From positions 11,558 to 75,557 of the forward strand of contig NZ_DAHVNP010000049.1 in the NCBI RefSeq assembly GCF_027319265.1: a stretch of 64,000 nt of DNA, written 5' to 3'. The position numbers were made by a program, and so were the translations under genes. The stretch is from Ferrimicrobium sp. (GTDB taxonomy: Bacteria > Actinomycetota > Acidimicrobiia > Acidimicrobiales > Acidimicrobiaceae). Shown here in pieces: positions 44,871-55,364 of this stretch. The notes under the pieces are model-generated. The model was not told the DNA's origin, ran no database searches, and was given only the letters and a program-made list of their open reading frames with translations. Position 1 is the first letter of the stretch; every line of letters starts with the position of its first letter.

Positions 44871-45611
44871 ATGGCGGTCTCACTTTTGCGGGAACATCCT
44901 GTCTTTTCGCACTTCCCCGGAGCGCTCTGTGCTCCGCAATTTCTCGAAGCGCATCTGTTACGTCGTCACCGAGGTGAGACACTCTACGAAATTGGTACCC
45001 CCGGAGACGAGTGCTATCTCATCTGTTCAGGGCGCGTTGGCCTGCTCGCTGCCGGTCCCTGGGGTCGACCAAGCCTGTTTGCAATCAAAGCCAGGGGTGC
45101 GGTCGTCGGCGACCTCAGTCTCTTTGACGATGCGCCACGTACCTCAACCGCACAGGTGCTCGAGACGTCGGCCATCCTCACAATCCCCTACCCATTGCTA
45201 CGCGAGAGCATCGCAAGCGATCCCTCGTTAGCACAGAGAGTCCTCAGTGCCTACGCAGCACGGATTCGCGATAACGATGACCGTCTTGTCGAGGCGCTCA
45301 ACCTGGATCTCATCAACCGTCTGGCGCGACGCATCCTTGAGTTTGCCCAAGGTGAGACTGAGTTTGTACTTAACCTTACGCAAGAAGAGATCGCCAGCCT
45401 GGTGGGAGCTTCGCGAGAGCGCACCAATAAGGCCTTGGGCGTCCTCCAACGGTGCGGAGCGCTGGAGATTCGTGGTCACCACCTCTACCGAGTCCTTGAC
45501 CTAGAGAAGCTAACCCTCCTAGCGCTCCAGTGGGGTGACGATCGGTGTCACACCGAGCGCCTCCCTGATCACACGGGCCCAATCGGGCCCAATCTCGTCG
45601 AGCGCTCCTAG
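44871..45611 (+). CDS. Crp/Fnr family transcriptional regulator (cNMP-binding + HTH)
   Basis: The cNMP domain is [11 protein letters not shown]...[19 protein letters not shown] and the HTH is [30 protein letters not shown]. The start is uncertain (44832 or 44871). The 3' end overlaps disA convergently. Confidence 0.8.
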   Translation: MAVSLLREHPVFSHFPGALCAPQFLEAHLLRRHRGETLYEIGTPGDECYLICSGRVGLLAAGPWGRPSLFAIKARGAVVGDLSLFDDAPRTSTAQVLETSAILTIPYPLLRESIASDPSLAQRVLSAYAARIRDNDDRLVEALNLDLINRLARRILEFAQGETEFVLNLTQEEIASLVGASRERTNKALGVLQRCGALEIRGHHLYRVLDLEKLTLLALQWGDDRCHTERLPDHTGPIGPNLVERS

Positions 45612-46622
45612 CTCCTGCTCGGAGGCCGAACGGATGGCATCAAGGGTTGGGTAACGGTCTAAGAGCACCCGAACCGCTGCGGTAGGGATGCGCGAGATGT
45701 TGCTCAGGATACGAGAACCCCGTGACGGTAGCGTGAAGAGCGATAGGTCGCCCTGATGATCGACGTTGATCTGCCGGAGCGGCTCACAGATCGCTTGGCG
45801 CGCGACCCAACCCGCAAAAGTGCGCAGATCGGTCACATCATCCGTCGAAAGTGACGCCAGCGAGTCACGGACAGCCTCGATTTCAATCGGATCGCTATAG
45901 CCAAGGAAATCAAAGATCAACGAATCGAAGCGCTCCTCGAAGTCGAGAGAGATCTCAGCCGACTGCAGCGCGAGTAGTCGTCCGTCGGTGCCCAATTCGA
46001 GTAGATATCCCTCAATCTCGGCACCAATCCGACGGACCATCTCGCCACGCTGCAGTGCAAAGAGCACATCGCGAAAAGTGACTTGACCATTGAGTTCCAG
46101 CGGCACCAGACTGGTGAGCACCGACTCAAACCGTTCCCGGTAACGCTCGAGCGTCGACAGAGCCTGACTCGCCCGCGACAGCACCGCCGGGATCGGTTGG
46201 AGTGTCTGCTTATGATTGCGATAGTAGACCGAGATCACCGACAACTCCTCGGAGACCGCCACGACCACTGCGTCAACGCTCGATGCCACACGCTCTGCTG
46301 TCCGGTGTCTCGTCCCAGTCTCGGTGGTGACCAGACGCGGATCGGGCACGAGGTGGACATTGGCTCTCACGATTCTGGTTCCATTCGCAGAGAGAATGAT
46401 TGCTCCGTCCATCTTTGCCAGCTCAAAAAGCTTTTGTGGCGAAAACGCCGCCTCGATCAGAAAGCCACCAGTGCAGATCTCTAGCACCTCCGCCGCATCA
46501 CCGAGCACCACTAGGGCACCGGTGCGGGCCAGAAGAATACGATCGAGCCCAGCGCGTAAAAGCGTTCCGGGAGCCACCCGGGCCAGTGCTGTTTGCTGAA
46601 ACTCAGTCGTCGATGCACTCAT
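45519..46622 (-). CDS. disA: DNA integrity scanning protein / diadenylate cyclase
   Basis: GALVVLGD, DGAIILS and GTRHRTAERV (DAC domain), plus a C-terminal HhH region. Confidence 0.92.
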   Translation of the reverse strand: MSASTTEFQQTALARVAPGTLLRAGLDRILLARTGALVVLGDAAEVLEICTGGFLIEAAFSPQKLFELAKMDGAIILSANGTRIVRANVHLVPDPRLVTTETGTRHRTAERVASSVDAVVVAVSEELSVISVYYRNHKQTLQPIPAVLSRASQALSTLERYRERFESVLTSLVPLELNGQVTFRDVLFALQRGEMVRRIGAEIEGYLLELGTDGRLLALQSAEISLDFEERFDSLIFDFLGYSDPIEIEAVRDSLASLSTDDVTDLRTFAGWVARQAICEPLRQINVDHQGDLSLFTLPSRGSRILSNISRIPTAAVRVLLDRYPTLDAIRSASEQELGALDEIGPDWARVIREALGVTPIVTPLER

Positions 46623-46626
46623 TTGG

Positions 46627-47901
46627 CTACAAGCCTACCACCTGCAGACGTTCTGGCTTATAGAGACCGAGTTCCTCAAGAACCTCGCGCAAATAGGGCC
46701 GCGTTCGGGGCGTAATGATCTCGCCAGGAGCTACCGGCAGCGATTGGGTCAGCCCACGAATCGCATCGTCAGGGATCAGCTCGCCGAGCAACCCGATCTC
46801 AGCGCAGGCCAGCAGTGGCCGCTTGAGCGCGTGCCCACGCCGCGAACTCACCAACGCGATAGCGAGTGCCAGGTCGATCCGAGGATCGACGACGACACCA
46901 CCACTGGGTATGGCAACAAGCACCTCGCGTTCCGAAAGATCGAGATCGCAGTGCTTGTCAATCACCGACATCAGGTAGCGCACCCGATCAACTTCAATCC
47001 CACGCGAGAGGAGTCTGCCTTTGGACTTCGCTCCTACCAGCGCATTAACCTCAACGACTTGAGCCAGTCGTCCCACGCGCACCCCAGCCCAGGCCCGTCC
47101 CACCTCTGGGGTGCCCTCAAGGCGATTGCTCTCCTCGATCATATGGATACCGTTGGCCTCGAGCGAGAGACGGCGAACCCCATCACTTGGGCCAAACCGA
47201 TTCTTCCTCACCATTACGCGGCGTACTCCAGGAGCACCAGTGGGTTCAAGCATCAACGAGGCATCGACCATGTGTTCCACGTACCGAGGACCCAGAAGAT
47301 CTCCATCCTTGGTGACCTGGCCAATGACGACGACCACGAGTTCACGTTGCTTGGCTACTTTCACGACCGCGTCTACAAACTCCTTCATCAAGGTCACCCC
47401 GATGGCCAGGGCCTGTAGCGAGTCGATGACGATAAACCTCGCCTCGGTGGCCTCCATGGCCGCCAACGCCTGATCGCTGTCGCGAGTGGCGAGCACAAGT
47501 AGTTGGTCGTAGGAGCCAGCCAAACGTTCCGCTCGCTCAGCGAGCTGCAGACTCGTCTCCTCTGCCGAGATGTAAAGACTAGGGGTCGACTCCATGATTT
47601 TGGCCGACATACCAAGAATGAGCGAGGACTTCCCCACGCCCGGCTCACCCGAGACGAGGACTACGGATCCGAGGACAAATCCATCTCCGAGTAGCTCATC
47701 AAAGCCCGATACACCGGAGGTCAAACGCCGCTGACGCCCACGCACTACCCTCGAGAGTGGCACAGGTGCCTCATACGCCTTTGTCGCCGACGCGGCGACA
47801 GTCTCCTCGGCGATAAGACCCCACTGGCCGCAGCCAGAGCACTGACCCATCCAGGCAAGATGGACTTCACCACAACCGGAGCACCGAAATCTCTGCTTCA
47901 T
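46627..47901 (-). CDS. radA: DNA repair protein RadA/Sms
   Basis: N-terminal zinc finger CSGCGEVHLAWMGQCSGCGQWG, Walker [10 protein letters not shown], the KNRFG motif and a Lon-like C-terminal domain. Confidence 0.92.
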   Translation of the reverse strand: MKQRFRCSGCGEVHLAWMGQCSGCGQWGLIAEETVAASATKAYEAPVPLSRVVRGRQRRLTSGVSGFDELLGDGFVLGSVVLVSGEPGVGKSSLILGMSAKIMESTPSLYISAEETSLQLAERAERLAGSYDQLLVLATRDSDQALAAMEATEARFIVIDSLQALAIGVTLMKEFVDAVVKVAKQRELVVVVIGQVTKDGDLLGPRYVEHMVDASLMLEPTGAPGVRRVMVRKNRFGPSDGVRRLSLEANGIHMIEESNRLEGTPEVGRAWAGVRVGRLAQVVEVNALVGAKSKGRLLSRGIEVDRVRYLMSVIDKHCDLDLSEREVLVAIPSGGVVVDPRIDLALAIALVSSRRGHALKRPLLACAEIGLLGELIPDDAIRGLTQSLPVAPGEIITPRTRPYLREVLEELGLYKPERLQVVGL

Positions 47902-47983
47902 CTACTCCGGTCTAGTTCGAGACTCAGACAGCCATGCCCTACCAACGATGCGCGCACATCCCCTCAGGCAAGCGACGATAAGA

Positions 47984-50473
47984 CTATTCAGCGCTTGAGG
48001 ACTCAGCGAGCTCCATCGGCGTGGTATCAACCCCTTCGATCACACGGAAGACGACGTCTTCCCCATCCAGATCAACCACTACCATCTCGCCTGGATGGAA
48101 CTCCTTATTGAGCAATCGTTCAGAGAGCGGGTCCTCAATCAGGCGTTGCAGCGTGCGTCGTAACGGACGTGCACCGAGTTCGCGGTCGTAGCCGACCTTG
48201 GCTAGATGTGCACGCACCGACTCGGTCAGCTCAATGCCGATCGCCTTGGTCTCAAGTTGCGTCTGTATCCGCTTGAATAGGAGATCAACGATCTGCTCTA
48301 CCTCTGGCTGCGTCAACTCGTGGAACACGATGACCTCATCAATACGGTTCAGAAACTCGGGCTTAAAGTGCGACTTCAGAGCCTCATTGAGCTTGATTCG
48401 CATCTTCTCATGATTCACAGCGTCGGTGTTCTTCGAGAATCCCACCTGACTCTTGTGCAGATCGGCACTACCCAGGTTTGAGGTCATGATCAAGATGGTG
48501 TTCTTAAAGTCCACAGCTCTACCTTGGGCGTCGGTTAGACGACCATCCTCCAAGATTTGCAGCAATGTGTTAAAGATGTCGGGATGCGCCTTCTCGATCT
48601 CATCAAAGAGCACCACCGAGAATGGCTTCCTTCGCACCGCTTCGGTCAACTGCCCACCCTCGTCATAGCCGACGTACCCAGGAGGGGAGCCAACCAGGCG
48701 TGCCACGGTGTGCTTCTCCATATACTCGCTCATGTCGAGCTGGATCAATGCATCCGGATCGCCAAAGAGGAACTCCGCCAATGTCTTGGCAAGCTCAGTT
48801 TTACCGACACCGGTTGGGCCAAGAAAGATAAAGGAGCCAGAGGGACGCCTTGGATCCTTCAACCCAGCGTGCGTGCGTCGGATCGAACGAGACAGCGCAG
48901 AGATCGCCTCCTGCTGCCCAACGATACGGCGGTGGAGCTCATCTTCCATCCGGAGCAGTTTGGCGGTCTCCTCCTCGGTCAAACGATTGACAGGGATACC
49001 CGTCCACATCGCAAGAACCTCAGCAATGACCTCCTCATCGACAACTCCGTAACGCTCCTTGCCCTCCTCTTTCCAGGATGCCTCAAGCTCACTCTTGCGC
49101 TGGGCCAATTCGCCCTCTTTCGTCGAGAGCCGCTTCGCCTCATCGAAGTTTTGGCGAGCTAACGCTGAATCCTTGTCTTTGCGCGTGCGCACCAGATCAT
49201 CATCGATCTTACGCAACTCAGGCGGAGAGGTTACCCGCTTGATACGCAGTCGACTACCCGCTTCGTCGATCAAATCAATCGCCTTATCGGGAAGAAAACG
49301 ATCCGAGATATATCGATCGGCCATATTGGCGGCCGCTACGAGCGCCTCATCGGTGATGGTTACGTTGTGATGAGATTCGTAGCGCTCACGAAGGCCCTTC
49401 AAGATCTCGAAGGTATCCTCGATCGAGGGTTCTCCCACCGTAATCGGCTGAAATCGACGTTCAAGCGCAGCATCCTTTTCGAAATGCTTGCGATACTCAT
49501 CGATCGTGGTCGCCCCAATCGTCTGTAGCTCACCTCGGGCCAGCATTGGCTTGAGAATCGAAGCAGCGTCAATCGCTCCCTCTGCGGCACCAGCACCGAC
49601 AAGGGTATGGATCTCATCGATGAAGAGAACAATGTTCTCCTTGGTACGCACCTCTTTGAGAACCTTCTTCAACCGCTCCTCAAAATCACCGCGATACCGG
49701 CTTCCCGCCACCAAGGCTCCGAGATCAAGGGTGTAGATCTGCTTGCCTCGCAGAGTTTCAGGAACGTCGCCTTGCACGATCTTCTCAGCAAGACCCTCCA
49801 CAATGGCGGACTTACCAACGCCAGGCTCACCGATCAGCACGGGATTATTTTTCTGTCGGCGCGAGAGAACCTGCATCATCCGTTCGATCTCACGATCACG
49901 TCCAACGACTGGATCGAGTTTGTGCTCTCGAGCCATCTGTGTGAGGTTGCGACCAAACTGGTCAAGGACGGCAGACCCTCCGGACTGCTCCTGACCGGTC
50001 GATGGACCCACCCCTGCGCCAGCCGGCTGCTTACCTTCGTAGGTGGTAAGGATCTGCATGACCTGAGAACGCACTCTCGTCAGATCGATACCAAGGTTCA
50101 TCAGCACCTTCGACCCGGTTCCTTCACCCTCACGGACGAGGCCAAGCAACATGTGCTCGGTACCGATGTAGTTGTGGCCGAGCTGCAGTGCCTCTCGCAA
50201 TGAATACTCAAGCACCTTCTTGGCGCTTACGGTAAAGGCTGGAGAGTTCGGTGTAGGGCCCGACGAAGGCTCAGCAAGCTTGACAACCTCCTCCCGGAGG
50301 CTCTCCAACGTGACACCAAGTGACTCGAGCGCCTTTGCGGCGATCCCATCGCCTTCGTGCACAAGACCAAGCAATATGTGTTCCGTGCCAATGTAATTGT
50401 GGTGGAGAAGCTTAGCTTCCTCCTGAGCGAGCACCAATACCCGGCGAGCACGATCCGTAAAACGTTCGAACAA
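47984..50473 (-). CDS. clpC: ATP-dependent Clp protease ATP-binding subunit ClpC
   Basis: (M)[11 protein letters not shown]...[12 protein letters not shown] (Clp_N repeats), and Walker A motifs GEPGVGKS and GPTGVGKT. The start is assigned to TTG 50473, 8 nt after GAGGAGG. Confidence 0.95.
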   Translation of the reverse strand: MFERFTDRARRVLVLAQEEAKLLHHNYIGTEHILLGLVHEGDGIAAKALESLGVTLESLREEVVKLAEPSSGPTPNSPAFTVSAKKVLEYSLREALQLGHNYIGTEHMLLGLVREGEGTGSKVLMNLGIDLTRVRSQVMQILTTYEGKQPAGAGVGPSTGQEQSGGSAVLDQFGRNLTQMAREHKLDPVVGRDREIERMMQVLSRRQKNNPVLIGEPGVGKSAIVEGLAEKIVQGDVPETLRGKQIYTLDLGALVAGSRYRGDFEERLKKVLKEVRTKENIVLFIDEIHTLVGAGAAEGAIDAASILKPMLARGELQTIGATTIDEYRKHFEKDAALERRFQPITVGEPSIEDTFEILKGLRERYESHHNVTITDEALVAAANMADRYISDRFLPDKAIDLIDEAGSRLRIKRVTSPPELRKIDDDLVRTRKDKDSALARQNFDEAKRLSTKEGELAQRKSELEASWKEEGKERYGVVDEEVIAEVLAMWTGIPVNRLTEEETAKLLRMEDELHRRIVGQQEAISALSRSIRRTHAGLKDPRRPSGSFIFLGPTGVGKTELAKTLAEFLFGDPDALIQLDMSEYMEKHTVARLVGSPPGYVGYDEGGQLTEAVRRKPFSVVLFDEIEKAHPDIFNTLLQILEDGRLTDAQGRAVDFKNTILIMTSNLGSADLHKSQVGFSKNTDAVNHEKMRIKLNEALKSHFKPEFLNRIDEVIVFHELTQPEVEQIVDLLFKRIQTQLETKAIGIELTESVRAHLAKVGYDRELGARPLRRTLQRLIEDPLSERLLNKEFHPGEMVVVDLDGEDVVFRVIEGVDTTPMELAESSSAE

Positions 50474-50967
50474 GTTAACTGCCTCCTCATCGAGATTCCT
50501 AGCCGGAGTCACCCGGCGACACAATCCCGATCTATGTTTTCATCAGTCTAGTCAACACCAACGACAAGCTTTCCATGCCCGCCTACATCTTGGATAGCGT
50601 GAGAACACCGTTTTCTCACTCTATCCCTTGGGTCCCCCGTCATCCCTGGGGTCCCCTATCCAACCTATCGCCACGCATCCTTGATCATACGACGGCCAAC
50701 CGATCCCCCTCACACAACCCCCAGGTTTCTTGCCCAACCTCACCTGCCAAACCTTCTAGGGCGCGAATCCACTCGCAGTAAGGTTGTCCTGATGCCCACA
50801 ACGACGTCTCTCATCCTTGGCTGCTATCGTCCCGACTTGACCAAAACCCAACCAACAATTTGCTGGCTCCCCAAACACCTGGTCCACCAGCAGGTCAGCT
50901 GGACATCGATGACGAGATATTGGCGACCAGTATTGTGCTTATCATTCGAGAGCCTCTAGGGTAGAGG

Positions 50968-52002
50968 ATGGTGGAATACGAAATCAGTCTAACAGAGCCA
51001 TGGATGAGCCATTCCCTAGCACTTCTTGAGGAGCAGCTGCGCGAGGCCGCGGTTACCGGCGACCCAATGATCAGTGAAGCAGCAACCCATCTCATCGCGG
51101 CAGGAGGTAAACGTATCCGGCCGATGATCTCGTTCGCGGTCGCTCATGCCCTCGGCTGGTCGCCAGAGAAAATCGCCTCCTATGCGGGATCTGCGATGGT
51201 GCAGGGTGCCGTGGCCGTTGAACTCGTCCATCTGGCCTCGCTGTATCACGATGACGTCATGGACGAAGCAAGCGAACGTCGCGGCGTCCAGAGTGTCAAC
51301 TTGAAGTTTGGGAATCTGATCGCCATCGTTACCGGCGACTTTCTGCTGGCCAAGGCCGCTGGTATCTCCGCGCGCCTAAGCCAGGAGACCGCGACCCTGC
51401 TCGCTGACACCCTCGCACGTATGTGTGAAGGGCAGATCCTTGAAGTCGCCGCCGCCCATCGTCTCGATCGCAGTCGTGCCGAATATCTCGCTGCGATCGC
51501 GGGAAAGACGGCCTCCCTGATGGCGGCGTCGGCGCGCATTCCCGCCTTGATCGCTGGCCTACCAGCCGATGAGATCGCGATGCTTACCGAGATCGGCGAG
51601 TCCATTGGGATGGTCTTCCAAATCAGGGATGACATCATGGACATCTTCGCACCCAAGGAGATCTTGAAGAAGGAGCCTGGACAGGACCTTCTTGAGGGGG
51701 TCTACACTCTCCCGGTCATCCTCTTCCTCGCCGATCCGGCGGACGGCCAAGCGTTAGCCCGGCTGCTTCCCAACGCCAATACCGGCAGAAACCTCCGGCA
51801 AATCGCCGAGTTACTCCGTAGTTCGGGAGCACTCGACGAATCGCTTGCGACCATGGATCACTACCGGGACCGTGTGGGCGAACTCACCGCCCACTTGAGT
51901 CAGTACGACTTCAGCTGGGTCACGAATCTCTTCACACAACTCATCGACTCCACCCGCGTCGCGGTTGATCAGGGGACAGGGTTCCTCCGACTAGCTACCT
52001 AG
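50968..52002 (+). CDS. Polyprenyl diphosphate synthase (trans-isoprenyl, FARM/SARM)
   Basis: LYHDDVMDEASERRG (first DDxxD) and FQIRDDIMD (second). Confidence 0.88.
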   Translation: MVEYEISLTEPWMSHSLALLEEQLREAAVTGDPMISEAATHLIAAGGKRIRPMISFAVAHALGWSPEKIASYAGSAMVQGAVAVELVHLASLYHDDVMDEASERRGVQSVNLKFGNLIAIVTGDFLLAKAAGISARLSQETATLLADTLARMCEGQILEVAAAHRLDRSRAEYLAAIAGKTASLMAASARIPALIAGLPADEIAMLTEIGESIGMVFQIRDDIMDIFAPKEILKKEPGQDLLEGVYTLPVILFLADPADGQALARLLPNANTGRNLRQIAELLRSSGALDESLATMDHYRDRVGELTAHLSQYDFSWVTNLFTQLIDSTRVAVDQGTGFLRLAT

Positions 52003-52104
52003 CAGTACTTCACCTTTGGCGAGATCATGCACCACATCGCTCCCAGCCGCAGAGTCGCCTCTCTTGTGCCAGTAAGCGTAACCCAGCAATATTTCCACTC
52101 GACT

Positions 52105-53568
52105 TCACGACGATTCCGGACGAAGCGCCGGGAACGCAATCACCTCTTTGATATGTGGAGCGTCTGTTAACAAAACCACGAGACGATCGATCCCGATGCC
52201 GAGGCCACCGGTTGGGGGCATGCCATGTTCAAGGGCCCGAAGAAAGTCCTCGTCCAACACCATGGCCTCGTCATCTCCTTGCAATCGAGCCTGTGCTTGC
52301 TGGAGAAATCGTCGACGCTGCTCATCTGGATCATTCAGCTCCGAGTAGGCCGTGCCAACCTCTCGTCCCATGATCACGAGATCAAACTGCTCGACACGGC
52401 CAGCCTTGGCAGGATCACGGTGATCCCTTGCTAGCGGCGAGACCTCTTTGGGAAAGTCAAGCACAAAGGTCGGCTCCACCAGCGTAGGCTCCACCAGCTC
52501 CTCATACAGCGAGAACAGAATACGCCCAGGGCCGTCGCCTTCGTCTACCTTGACCGCATGGTCAGCGGCGAGCCGTGCGAGCTCTTCTCGCCCTTGTTCG
52601 AGCCGGATCGTCTGGCCGATGGATTCGCTGACGAGTTCCTCCATCGTCGCACGGCGGAATGGAGGAGTAAGGTCGATCACCTGACTCTGACAGGTGATAC
52701 GTAAGGAACCCTGCGCCGACATCGCTGCATGCGAGATAAGTGCCTCGGTAAGGTCAATCATCCCATAGACATCCGTATAGGCCTGATACACCTCCAGCAT
52801 GGTGAACTCAGGGTTATGCCTCGGAGAAAGCCCTTCGTTACGGAAGTCACGACCAAGCTCAAAGACCCGCTCGAAACCTCCCACCACAAGCCGCTTGAGG
52901 TAGAGCTCTGGGGCAATCCGGAGGAAGAAGTCGGCGTCAAGTGCATTGTGATGGGTTACAAATGGTTTCGCAATCGCACCAGAGGCAACCGGCTGAAGAA
53001 TGGGTGTCTCCACCTCGATAAAACCGCGATCAGTCAGGTCACTGCGCACCTGTGCGATGATGCGAGACCGGGTAAGCAATCGTTCACGCACCTCTGGATT
53101 GGCCCACAGGTCAACATAACGTTGGCGATACCGGGTGTCGGGATCAGTAATACCGCGCCATTTATCTCCAAAGTTACGACGGGCACGCGCAAGAAGTTGC
53201 CAGGCCGCCACCTCCACAGATAGCTCACCACTGCGCGATGTCATCACCTCTCCAGTGACGCTGACCCAATCGCCTAGCACGCGCTGATGGACAAAACGTT
53301 CGAAGTCCTCCGTGGTCTCACGACGCAGTAATAGCTGGATCTTCCCACTCGAGTCAACAAGATCGCCAAAGGCCAGCTTGCCTTGACGCCGGAAGCGCAT
53401 CAGACGTCCTGCAATCGTTACCACCCGACCAGTCTTGCTGTCTGCACCTAGGTGCTCGAAGGACGCGCGGACCGGGCCAATCGGCTCCACCGCCGCCACC
53501 TCATAGGGGATAACTTCATCGGTCAGTGATTCTCTCTCATCGTTCACTGACTCTGTCTCATCGTTCAC
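52105..53568 (-). CDS. lysS: Lysine--tRNA ligase (class II)
   Basis: OB-fold N-domain, FIEVETPILQ, DFRNEGLSPRHNPEFTMLE and a C-terminal GIGIDRLV. The start is assigned to GTG 53568, overlapping the coaX stop. The track start 53715 lies inside coaX. Confidence 0.92.
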   Translation of the reverse strand: MNDETESVNDERESLTDEVIPYEVAAVEPIGPVRASFEHLGADSKTGRVVTIAGRLMRFRRQGKLAFGDLVDSSGKIQLLLRRETTEDFERFVHQRVLGDWVSVTGEVMTSRSGELSVEVAAWQLLARARRNFGDKWRGITDPDTRYRQRYVDLWANPEVRERLLTRSRIIAQVRSDLTDRGFIEVETPILQPVASGAIAKPFVTHHNALDADFFLRIAPELYLKRLVVGGFERVFELGRDFRNEGLSPRHNPEFTMLEVYQAYTDVYGMIDLTEALISHAAMSAQGSLRITCQSQVIDLTPPFRRATMEELVSESIGQTIRLEQGREELARLAADHAVKVDEGDGPGRILFSLYEELVEPTLVEPTFVLDFPKEVSPLARDHRDPAKAGRVEQFDLVIMGREVGTAYSELNDPDEQRRRFLQQAQARLQGDDEAMVLDEDFLRALEHGMPPTGGLGIGIDRLVVLLTDAPHIKEVIAFPALRPESS

Positions 53569-54421
53569 TGAGTAACCCCCGTCGCTCCGTATTCGTCGTC
53601 GGTGGACGATTCCGCTCCCAGATGAGTCTAAGGCCGTGCAAGGTGAGCCATGGCTCGACCTGGGTGATGACGGGGATAAAGGGTGCCAACAACTCAGCGA
53701 GACCACCCGTCCCAATCACCGTCGCTGGACCGATCAGCTCCTCGGTATCGGCAACAATCTGGGTCACCTGTCCCTTGATTCCATAGAGCACACCCGCCTG
53801 AATCGACTCAACCGTCGTCTTGCCGATGACCGACCTCGGCGCTACAAGCTCGACTTTACGCAGCGCTGCGGCCCGAGAGATGAGTGCATCGAGTGCGACC
53901 ATCACGCCCGGACAGATCGCACCCCCGAGATAGTCACCCTCAGCGGCAACCACATCGAAGGTGGTAGCGGTTCCCAGATCAACGATGATCGCTGGACCCC
54001 CATAGAGGTCATGGGCGCCGACTGCATCAGCAAGTCGATCTGGTCCAACCTCAGCAGGGTTGTCATACCGGATCGTAAGACCGATATCAAGCCCACGACC
54101 GAGTACCAGCGGCTCGATCGCCAACCACCTACGGGACACATCGATCATCGCCTGGGTTGCACTTGGTGCGGAGGAGGAGATAATCACTCCAGCCATCCCA
54201 CCAGCAGCCATCCCCGCAGACAGGGCCAACCCTCGAGCATCGATGAACTGGCGCAGCAGCAGGTAGATCTCATCGACGGTGCGATCGATCCTCGTCGCAA
54301 GGCGTAGATGGGCCAACAGCCCATCCTCGGCTCTACGACCAACCCCCGAAGGACCAAGCTCGTAAAAACCAAAGACAGTTTCCGTATTGCCGATATCGAC
54401 GGTGAGCAGCAGCTCAGTCAC
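53558..54421 (-). CDS. coaX: Type III pantothenate kinase
   Basis: LLTVDIGNTETVFG, IIVDLGTATTFD and TGGLA. The start shares a GTGA overlap with the folK stop. Confidence 0.88.
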   Translation of the reverse strand: MTELLLTVDIGNTETVFGFYELGPSGVGRRAEDGLLAHLRLATRIDRTVDEIYLLLRQFIDARGLALSAGMAAGGMAGVIISSSAPSATQAMIDVSRRWLAIEPLVLGRGLDIGLTIRYDNPAEVGPDRLADAVGAHDLYGGPAIIVDLGTATTFDVVAAEGDYLGGAICPGVMVALDALISRAAALRKVELVAPRSVIGKTTVESIQAGVLYGIKGQVTQIVADTEELIGPATVIGTGGLAELLAPFIPVITQVEPWLTLHGLRLIWERNRPPTTNTERRGLLSER

Positions 54422-54978
54422 TGCGATGCCTCCTGTTCATTCCTCAAGCTCAGGGGTTGGCCTCGATCACTGTCGCCTCTGTGCGTCGAATCTCGCTCAT
54501 TGGTGCCCCAACGGCCCGCCACGCGATCGAATCGGGCAATCCTGACCACTTCTTCGGGGATGGAGCTGTCGAAGCCGAAGGCTCTTGCCATCTTGGGATC
54601 GATTTCAGCCAACGGTACCAGCACAAAAGCCCGCTCCGCCATTCGAGGATGCGGAACACAAAGATCGGCGCTCGTAATCGTCAGGCCAGGGATAGTGAGG
54701 ATATCAATGTCAAGCGTGCGCGGGCCAAACCGTACTAACCGTTCCCGTCCAAACGCTGCCTCAATACGATGAATGTGGGCGAGCAGCGCAAAAGGTGACT
54801 GGTCCCAGGTCATCGTCATCACGGCGTTAAGATAGTCAGGCTGGTTGGCCGGTCCACCAACTGGTGCGGTGCGGTACAGCGATGATACCGACAATGACTC
54901 CCCCAGCTCCACGAGCGCACTCTCCATCTGGCGCTGAGGATCGACAAGGTTCGCGCCTAATCCAAGGTAGACCTTCAC
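54418..54978 (-). CDS. folK: 2-amino-4-hydroxy-6-hydroxymethyldihydropteridine diphosphokinase
   Basis: VKVYLGLGANL, YRTAPVGGP, GPRTLDIDIL and PHPRMAERAFVLVPL. GTG 54978 forms a GTGA overlap with the folB stop. Confidence 0.88.
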   Translation of the reverse strand: MKVYLGLGANLVDPQRQMESALVELGESLSVSSLYRTAPVGGPANQPDYLNAVMTMTWDQSPFALLAHIHRIEAAFGRERLVRFGPRTLDIDILTIPGLTITSADLCVPHPRMAERAFVLVPLAEIDPKMARAFGFDSSIPEEVVRIARFDRVAGRWGTNERDSTHRGDSDRGQPLSLRNEQEASQ

Positions 54979-55364
54979 CGCTGAGTCGCCACCGCGCCGC
55001 CAGAGATTGGCGTGACCAACGTCACGATTACCCCATCTGAGACGAGCGAGATAGGAGGTCGACACTTGGTGACCGAGATCTCAATCGACTCGATTCGTGA
55101 GCACTCCGCAACATCGAGGATGCCAATGGTGATGCGCTCGGCCACCGTCTCGAGGAGCTTAGGGGCGGGCTCAAGCGCCGCTGGAATCACCTGATCCAGT
55201 AACGAGTAATCGAAGGTACCCCGAATGTTGTCATGGAGACCACGATCCACCTTGAGGAGCAGACGGACTCCGATCCTGATTGGCTGAGGAGCGGCTCGTT
55301 CAGCCTCCGACAGGCCTACATGGGCCATGAGTTCAATGTGGGGAATGTCGATGATGTCACTCAT
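54975..55364 (-). CDS. folB: Dihydroneopterin aldolase
   Basis: 129 aa between folP and folK. It has LMAHVGLSEAERAAPQPI and a tunnel-fold pattern. It overlaps folP by 8 nt. Confidence 0.82.
   Translation of the reverse strand: MSDIIDIPHIELMAHVGLSEAERAAPQPIRIGVRLLLKVDRGLHDNIRGTFDYSLLDQVIPAALEPAPKLLETVAERITIGILDVAECSRIESIEISVTKCRPPISLVSDGVIVTLVTPISGGAVATQR

Noticed and set aside
45519-45611. 93-nt convergent overlap of the Crp-family gene with disA as a regulatory antisense arrangement
   Set aside because: The Crp HTH ends near 45510. The extension probably reflects only the absence of a stop codon in that frame, and nothing shows the tail is functional.
50628-50657. DosR-type box (GGGAC...GTCCC) in the clpC upstream region or near the Ehr operon
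   Set aside because: The GGGTCCCC boxes are direct repeats, not the 20-bp dyad of the DosR consensus. No such dyad was seen upstream of the ArsR gene.
53636-54307. 223-aa plus-strand ORF
   Set aside because: It is antisense to coaX, which has clear type III pantothenate kinase motifs.
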